This document shows positions 1 to 4,977 of a DNA stretch of 32,000 nt, one piece after another. The notes under the pieces are model-generated. The model worked only from the letters and a program-made list of their open reading frames with translations. It was not told the origin of the DNA and did no database searches. The position numbers and the translations under genes were made by a program. Numbering within the stretch: position 1 is the first letter of the stretch; each line of letters starts with the position of its first letter. The DNA comes from an archaeon (GTDB taxonomy: Archaea; Iainarchaeota; Iainarchaeia; Iainarchaeales; CSSED10-239): contig JBBABY010000003.1 of the NCBI GenBank assembly GCA_041657425.1, forward strand, positions 106,952-138,951, given 5' to 3'.

Positions 1-1
1 A

Positions 2-94
2 TTGCCGCAATGCTTTGGAACGCATAACGAAAAATCAAAAGAATGTTTTGAATGCTGTATTTGTGAATCGTGTTATAATTTGAAGGAGAAATAA
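2..94 (+). CDS. 3' end of a Cys-rich small protein (partial, enters from the window edge)
   Basis: Frame 2 is open from the edge to TAA at 92-94 and reads ...CFGTHNEKSKECFECCICESCYNLKEK. The stop lies 1 nt before the next ATG, and a GGAG ribosome-binding site for that gene lies inside it. Confidence 0.35.
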   Translation: MPQCFGTHNEKSKECFECCICESCYNLKEK

Positions 95-95
95 A

Positions 96-389
96 ATGGC
101 AACCCGTGAAGAAGAAATGGCAAAACTTCGTGACCGTTACGCACGACTACAAAAAGGTGATACACCTGTAGAAAAACCAAAACCACGAGAAGAATCACCA
201 ATTATAAAAACAAAGGTAAAAAAACCACGCTTAAATTTAAAACCATATTTATTCCTTATTGAAAACGACATCAGGAAATTATTCCGACTTCCACAGAAAG
301 AATGGAAGGTTGGCGGGTTGAAGTTTGAAACAATAGATAAACCATTAAATCTCGAATGGTTGGAAAAGAAAGGGGGGAAACTTTTCTAA
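96..389 (+). CDS. hypothetical lysine-rich protein, 97 aa
   Basis: ORF track; ATG preceded by GAAGGAG; no recognisable motif. Confidence 0.5.
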   Translation: MATREEEMAKLRDRYARLQKGDTPVEKPKPREESPIIKTKVKKPRLNLKPYLFLIENDIRKLFRLPQKEWKVGGLKFETIDKPLNLEWLEKKGGKLF

Positions 390-646
390 TCTTCAGTTTC
401 CATTTCTTGAATGAAAGGTTCTTCTTGCGGATAATTATCCATTTTTTCCGGGTCTATTTCAGAAAGGTTTTCCAGATTTCTCAATTCTGTTTTGTCATTA
501 GAATATTTTTCAAGTATATTATTTGCGCGTTCTATTAATTCTTGGCGTAATTCTTCCCATAATTTTAATGCGGTATTTTTGAAAATACAAATGTATCGTG
601 TGTTTGTTTCTTCACAATCTTTAGTTCCAACCAAATAAACTTTCAT
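386..646 (-). CDS. hypothetical acidic protein, 86 aa
   Basis: ORF track; 4-nt overlap with the upstream ORF 643-873 suggests translational coupling. Confidence 0.5.
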   Translation of the reverse strand: MKVYLVGTKDCEETNTRYICIFKNTALKLWEELRQELIERANNILEKYSNDKTELRNLENLSEIDPEKMDNYPQEEPFIQEMETED

Positions 647-873
647 GCTAACTCCATTGAAAGCGCGCGCCGAAATTCTTGCTTCCTTATTTTCCTTTGA
701 TGTTTCTGATCTAGTTCCGGGTTTTTACAAGATCCACAATGCCCCATACAGAGCGCGCGGTATGGATGGAATGCAAAACCATACTTATGAACGGCACGGT
801 CGAAAAGTCCTAATGTATAACGATGTGCTTTTTTAATGATGCGGTTGTAGATACGAAGTGTTCTTGACATCAA
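643..873 (-). CDS. hypothetical basic Cys/His-containing protein, 76 aa
   Basis: ORF track; contains HCGSC and many R/K residues; coupled to ORF 386-646. Confidence 0.45.
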   Translation of the reverse strand: MMSRTLRIYNRIIKKAHRYTLGLFDRAVHKYGFAFHPYRALCMGHCGSCKNPELDQKHQRKIRKQEFRRALSMELA

Positions 874-916
874 AATAGTATATGTGTCAAAACTATTTAA
901 TTATTTCTAAAAAAGA

Positions 917-1312
917 TTATTTGCAGTTTCCTGCAATCCTATCTAACTCTCTACGCTTTGCTGCTATATCGTGGCATTGCGCTTCGATTTCTTTTGCGGC
1001 TTTGCAGATTGCGAGTTGGTCTGCTTCGGGGGTGGTTTTGATAATAGTTGTTCCCACATCAGATCCCGGATATACTTCATAGGCAGGTAAATATGTAATT
1101 AAATCAAATGTGAGTGATATCCACGCGCAACATGAAGCACTCATTGCAATGCCCCAAATAGACTTACCATTTACCCATAGACATTCACAAAGAAAAGAAC
1201 AGAATACCGCCAATGCGAAAACAATTATATTGACAAGATTTGCTTTATCATAAGTTGTTTCTCTTACCCAAATCCCAATGCCATCTACATTTCTAATAAA
1301 AGATTTTGCCAT
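917..1312 (-). CDS. hypothetical membrane protein, 131 aa
   Basis: ORF track; two hydrophobic segments (IIVFALAVFCSFLC and AMSASCCAWISLTF). Confidence 0.5.
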   Translation of the reverse strand: MAKSFIRNVDGIGIWVRETTYDKANLVNIIVFALAVFCSFLCECLWVNGKSIWGIAMSASCCAWISLTFDLITYLPAYEVYPGSDVGTTIIKTTPEADQLAICKAAKEIEAQCHDIAAKRRELDRIAGNCK

Positions 1313-1324
1313 TTTTTAACTCCG

Positions 1325-1560
1325 GTTGCTCTGCAACCAAAATAGATATATGCGTTTATAATATATAAAACCAGTGGTGTAAATCAAATCGAAAAACGAT
1401 TATTAATAGTAATTATTTTTCGTAGAAATAGATAGCGAACCTCGTTCGTCAACTGCTTACAAATTTCTTCGTAAGCTTGTAACTATGTCAGAGACACGCT
1501 ACATTTGGCTGGTTGACAGGCAGCCTACTCAAAACAGATATACCATCTTGAGCTATATTA
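1325..1560 (-). ncRNA. predicted TnpB guide RNA (omega/reRNA) scaffold region; extent is a guess
   Basis: In characterised TnpB systems the guide RNA overlaps the 3' end of tnpB and the right end of the element. This region holds stacked hairpins at 1455-1476 (GCTTAC/GTAAGC), 1436-1448 (CGAAC/GTTCG) and 1324-1338. Confidence 0.3.
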
Positions 1561-2591
1561 CGAGAAGCATTGAGATCAGCATGAAGTTCAAATCCACATT
1601 TACAGCATTTAAAAGAGGAACCATTACGATTGCCTTTATAGACATGCCCGCAAATTGAACATTTTTGAGAAGTATAACGAGCATCAATAAATATAACCCT
1701 CTTGCCAAGATTTTCGGCTTTATACCGGATAAACTGTTCAAGTTCAAAGAACGACCAATTGTTCAATTTTCGATTAAAAATTTTCCCGCGTCGTTTTTGT
1801 ACCCGAATTTTAGTAAGGTCTTCAAGAGCGAATACTGTATATTGGGTTTGTATAATTTGCTTCGAGATACAGTGATTAACATCAGTCACAAACCGTCTTT
1901 CTCGACCGGAAAGTTTCTTTAACTTTCTTTTAGCAGATCGAGTGCCTTTAGACTGTAATTGAGCTCGGAGATATGCGTACTGCGACCGCGTATTCTTCAC
2001 TGCCCGGGAATTAAAAAATGTGTTGTCGGAACAGACCGCAATGTTAATAATGCCTCTATCGATTCCAAGAACCATTTGATCGGGAATGATTTTGGGAGTA
2101 TTCGTTTCAATCTGACAATGCAAATAAAACATATTGCCAGTCTTACGAAGAGACAGTGTAGATGATTTAATTTTCCACGTTAAATATGGTATATAATACT
2201 TCGGAACTATAAATTCAACTTTTACTCTACCGTTTGAAGTAGCAATAGTTGCGTAACCAGATTCCAAACAAACCCTAATAACCTGCGAATTATATAACAT
2301 TGCCGAATGTTCTTTACGAATCGGTTTATATCGACACTTTACCGATTTCAAAGATGCGCAAGCAACATCTCTTGCACACTGAACCAACGAAGAGGGAAAA
2401 TTGGGTATCAATTCCCGAATTTTATAATAAGTTGATTTATGGCAATCTATCTTATTAGCAGTATGATTATCAAACCCCCAAGTTGAACAAATATTAAATG
2501 CGGTTGTATAATCTCTCATTGTTTTAAAAAGAGATATCTTCGCATCAGAAGAAACATTTAGTTTCAACTTGATTGTTCTAATCATATTCAT
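1488..2591 (-). CDS. tnpB: TnpB (OrfB) RNA-guided nuclease, IS200/IS605 family, 367 aa
   Basis: RuvC-like motifs LGIDRGI, FALEDL and HADLNASRNIA, with a zinc ribbon CSICGH...FKCCKCGF between them. Length is typical of the family. Confidence 0.9.
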   Translation of the reverse strand: MNMIRTIKLKLNVSSDAKISLFKTMRDYTTAFNICSTWGFDNHTANKIDCHKSTYYKIRELIPNFPSSLVQCARDVACASLKSVKCRYKPIRKEHSAMLYNSQVIRVCLESGYATIATSNGRVKVEFIVPKYYIPYLTWKIKSSTLSLRKTGNMFYLHCQIETNTPKIIPDQMVLGIDRGIINIAVCSDNTFFNSRAVKNTRSQYAYLRAQLQSKGTRSAKRKLKKLSGRERRFVTDVNHCISKQIIQTQYTVFALEDLTKIRVQKRRGKIFNRKLNNWSFFELEQFIRYKAENLGKRVIFIDARYTSQKCSICGHVYKGNRNGSSFKCCKCGFELHADLNASRNIAQDGISVLSRLPVNQPNVACL

Positions 2592-2765
2592 ATATTAATA
2601 CTAATAGTATATATAACTTTCTATTATTGATTTTGATAAAGATTTACCCATTCCGATCCATCTGGTAAAATGAGAATATTTCTAGAAACCGAATTGCTAT
2701 AGTTGGTAGGGTCAACCTCCATATATCTTCTTGATCCTATAGGGTCTCCGGTAATAGACCCAACC

Positions 2766-2785
2766 GGAATTAATAATTTAATTCC
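2766..2785. repeat. perfect 8-bp stem / 4-nt loop hairpin, candidate IS left-end hairpin
   Basis: ggaattaa-taat-ttaattcc read directly from the sequence, about 175 nt upstream of the tnpB start. Confidence 0.45.
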
Positions 2786-2802
2786 ATTAGATATCATTTT
2801 AA

Positions 2803-2882
2803 TGCAACGGGTTGGATTCGAACCAACAATGTAAGTCAAATGGCATGCCTCACTTACGTTTTCCCAGTTAAACTACTGTTGC
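2803..2882 (-). tRNA. tRNA-like gene A: canonical acceptor, D and T arms but a 15-nt anticodon loop; anticodon undetermined
   Basis: Reverse complement reads GCAACAG-TA-GTTT-AACTGGGA-AAAC-G-TAAGT-[GAGGCATGCCATTTG]-ACTTA-CATT-GTTGG-TTCGAAT-CCAAC-CCGTTGC-A. There is one A.C mismatch in the acceptor stem. No 7-nt register of the loop has U33. Confidence 0.5.
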
Positions 2883-2961
2883 TTTTAATATGTTCCCTTT
2901 CCACGCTTATGAGGAACAACGGGTCTGGTTCCCAAAGGAATCTTCCGCGTGCCAGACCCGA

Positions 2962-3046
2962 TGACCGGGGTGGGATTTGAACCCACGTATCAGCAACCTA
3001 TTAGGTGATTGCCTGCGATGGCCTTTCACCGCTTTGCCACCCTGCC
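2962..3046 (-). tRNA. tRNA-like gene B: good acceptor and T arm and a class-II-like D loop, but an aberrant anticodon region; anticodon undetermined
   Basis: Reverse complement reads GGCAGGG-T-GGC-AAAGCGGTGAAAG-GCC-ATCGCA-GGCAA-[TCACCTAATAGG]-TTGCT-GATAC-GTGGG-TTCAAAT-CCCAC-CCCGGTC-A. A TATA-like ATTTATTC lies about 22-29 nt upstream. Confidence 0.45.
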
Positions 3047-3166
3047 AAATATGTATAGGATGTTTAAGAATAAATACTTTTTGATTTAAATTGACTCGTC
3101 AATGGGTATATCCTATGAAAGATGTGTCCCAATAAAGGGTATATCCCATTTGACATTTGATAATAT

Positions 3167-3283
3167 AAGGATAATGAGGATTTGAACCTCATTCGCAGGA
3201 CATTACCCTACTAACCACGGTGCTCACCGAATCAGTCTAATGTTGGCTAAAGGTGGTCTTTCAACAACTAGCAACCTATCCTT
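3167..3283 (-). tRNA. tRNA-like gene C: class-II shape (long variable arm) with a 27-nt insertion; the loop reads CUUUAG.., anticodon UUA in the canonical register
   Basis: Reverse complement reads AAGGATA-GG-TTGC-TAGTTGTT-GAAA-G-ACCAC-CTTTAG[27 nt]C-GTGGT-(variable arm GTAGGG-TAATG-TCCTGC)-ATGAGG-TTCAAAT-CCTCAT-TATCCTT. Confidence 0.45.
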
Positions 3284-3308
3284 ACGCCTTTGTGTACACG
3301 CAGGCGCA

Positions 3309-3428
3309 AACCAGAGATGAGATTTGAACTCATTATTCAATTTCTCGCGCGAGATTGGGTCTCTTGTGGAACTTGGCATCCCGTTCTCGCGGTGCGAGTT
3401 GACAACACATCTTTTGTGTTTCTCTGGT
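3309..3428 (-). tRNA. tRNA-like gene D with a bulge-helix-bulge-like intron of about 50 nt; anticodon tentative (CGC or GCA depending on register)
   Basis: Reverse complement reads ACCAGAG-AA-ACACA-AAAGA-TGTGT-TG-TCAA-CTCGC-[ACC]-GCGAGA-(30 nt)-TCTCGC-GCGAG-[AAA]-TTGA-ATA-ATGAG-TTCAAAT-CTCAT-CTCTGGT-T. Confidence 0.4.
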
Positions 3429-3648
3429 AATAATTAATCCGGATTTTGGTTCTTGGCTCCGGTCGCCTCAACCACCTTGTTACTGCCCCGATTGGTGTAA
3501 TCCCGCACGGGGGGGTGCGCGGTGATTAACGTGATAGCACATTAACTCACGTAGCATTGTTATTTTGGTTGCTTCTACCTCAATTACGCTTGACGTTCGT
3601 AATCTACGACCATACTTCCACAGTGATATCACTTCCGTGGTTTCTGGA
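3429..3648 (-). ncRNA. GC-rich structured spacer between tRNA-Gln and tRNA-like D; candidate unclassified ncRNA
   Basis: Several hairpins were read directly: CCACAGTGAT/ATCACT..GTGG, ATTACG/CGTAAT, CGCAC-C6-GTGCG and CCGGA/TCCGG. There is no ORF, and GC is well above the local background. Confidence 0.3.
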
Positions 3649-3719
3649 TAGGGCTAGGGTGAGTCGAACACCCGCCGCCGGCTCCAAAGGCCGGCATTAA
3701 TCCGCTAAACTGTAGCCCT
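3649..3719 (-). tRNA. tRNA-Gln (anticodon UUG)
   Basis: Reverse complement reads AGGGCTA...CCGGC-CTTTGGA-GCCGG-CGGC-GGGTG-TTCGACT-CACCC-TAGCCCT-A. The acceptor stem is a perfect 7 bp starting with A1-U72, which is an archaeal tRNA-Gln trait. The D arm is poorly paired. A TATA-like AAATAATA is centred near -25. Confidence 0.7.
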
Positions 3720-3799
3720 TCTCGTTTGTCAAGAGAATGTATTATTTGCCCTTGTGTGTTTCCATTCTCTTGACATATCCATATACGCTCGCTAAATAT

Positions 3800-4003
3800 T
3801 TATACCTTTTCATCCAACGGACAATCTTCCGGAAACTCTCTTTCTACCAAGTCGCAAAAAATGTCAACATTATTATCAACGTCAAAAATCTTTTTATTTA
3901 ACACCGAACACCAACACTTCTCCTCGTCGTCGTAGTTGTGGTAGAAGTTTCTGCATAATGAATTACAGTGTGCAATTTCATACGAGACGATTTTGGTTTT
4001 CAT
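3800..4003 (-). CDS. hypothetical Cys-rich protein, 67 aa
   Basis: ORF track; contains HCNSLC, CWC and DCP motifs. Confidence 0.45.
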   Translation of the reverse strand: MKTKIVSYEIAHCNSLCRNFYHNYDDEEKCWCSVLNKKIFDVDNNVDIFCDLVEREFPEDCPLDEKV

Positions 4004-4248
4004 TTAAATCAAATCCAACAGTGATTGAATAAACATAAAAATTAAAAAGAAATCTTATTTTTTCTTGTTTAAGTAGCAACACTTTCCCACATAATAACAC
4101 CTTTAATTCCATCTTCGATTGGTTTAATTACTCGTTTCGTCATACATGATGTCACCTCTAATTTCTTTCCGTTTCTTCGTCTTCAATATTCAATTCATCT
4201 TCTTCGATCAACACTTTCCATCCAAGACTCCGAATTTTAACAAACATC

Positions 4249-4695
4249 TTAAACAACCCCTTTCATTATTCTTTCTGCTTTCATAATATTTATATCTTTC
4301 TCAATCTTTTCATTCAACTTCTCCGCCATCGCATACAACTCTTCTTCTGTATATCCTTCCGGTGCAACACTCAAAGCATTATACGCTGTAGGTTCTACTT
4401 TCCTTTTCCACAGATTTTGATCATTTACTATTGTTCCGTCAATAATTGGGATCTCATATTCTATCCAATATCCTGTTATCATTGTGAATATTAATTCGCC
4501 GTCGATTTTAGTTATCTCGCGGTGATGGTCGCAGGTCGTGTAAGTAACAATACTACTTTTTCTACAATCCGATGGAACTTTATCACCCGGCTGATATGTA
4601 TTCATCATACACGCCAAATCTTTTGTTTGGAAAGTGTTAATGATACTATTACCACAGATTGGGCAACCAACGTCTAATTCTATATAATCATACAT
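4249..4695 (-). CDS. hypothetical protein with an N-terminal CxxC zinc-ribbon-like motif (start placed at the internal Met, 148 aa)
   Basis: The ORF track gives 4249-4752. The ATG at 4695 is preceded by AAAGGTGAT and follows the stop of the upstream small ORF by 7 nt. Motifs CPICGN and CDHH are present. Confidence 0.55.
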   Translation of the reverse strand: MYDYIELDVGCPICGNSIINTFQTKDLACMMNTYQPGDKVPSDCRKSSIVTYTTCDHHREITKIDGELIFTMITGYWIEYEIPIIDGTIVNDQNLWKRKVEPTAYNALSVAPEGYTEEELYAMAEKLNEKIEKDINIMKAERIMKGVV

Positions 4696-4702
4696 CCCAA
4701 TT

Positions 4703-4873
4703 TTAATCACCTTTAATTTCTCTCGTATATCCACAGTATCCACACGATTCAACTATACCATCAGTATATAAATCACTATGGAGACCGAGTTTCTTTTCAC
4801 AGTTTGGGCACGAATGACCTTCGATATACCATGTATCTGCAATCGGTATTGAGAACGGAAATGTGGATTTCAT
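4703..4873 (-). CDS. small zinc-ribbon protein, 56 aa (below the ORF-track cutoff)
   Basis: Hand translation: MKSTFPFSIPIADTWYIEGHSCPNCEKKLGLHSDLYTDGIVESCGYCGYTREIKGD, with CxxC...CxxC. Confidence 0.4.
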   Translation of the reverse strand: MKSTFPFSIPIADTWYIEGHSCPNCEKKLGLHSDLYTDGIVESCGYCGYTREIKGD

Positions 4874-4876
4874 AGA

Positions 4877-4949
4877 TAGGCTCGGTCAGGATCGAACTGA
4901 CACCCTTTGCCTTATAAGAACAACGCACCACCGATTGTGCTACGAGCCT
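4877..4949 (-). tRNA. tRNA-Ile (anticodon UAU)
   Basis: Reverse complement reads AGGCTCG-TA-GCAC-AATCGGTG-GTGC-G-TTGTT-CTTATAA-GGCAA-AGGGT-GTCAG-TTCGATC-CTGAC-CGAGCCT-A. This is a clean cloverleaf. A TATA-like TTTAAATATT lies at about -25 to -34. Confidence 0.8.
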
Positions 4950-4977
4950 TCTATAATCTTATATGCTCCCAAAATAT

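Larger units (their letters stand above)
1320..2800 (-). mobile_element. IS200/IS605-family (IS1341-like) element carrying only tnpB; ends approximate
   Basis: The tnpB ORF is flanked by subterminal hairpins: a perfect 8-bp stem GGAATTAA/TTAATTCC at 2766-2785 on the upstream side, and GGTTGC-TCT-GCAACC at 1324-1338 on the downstream side. No tnpA ORF is present. Confidence 0.5.

Noticed and set aside
2624-2839. 71-aa minus-strand ORF between tnpB and tRNA-like A.
   Set aside because: Its 5' end overlaps the tRNA-like gene, and its body covers the presumed IS left end with its hairpins. It has no start context. It is probably not coding.
3101-3146. Two copies of GGGTATATCC 34 bp apart (3103 and 3137) between tRNA-like C and B.
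   Set aside because: They could be promoter or protein-binding elements. However, the repeat is short and AT-rich context makes chance recurrence plausible. The TATA-like box that best fits B lies closer to it. Noted only.
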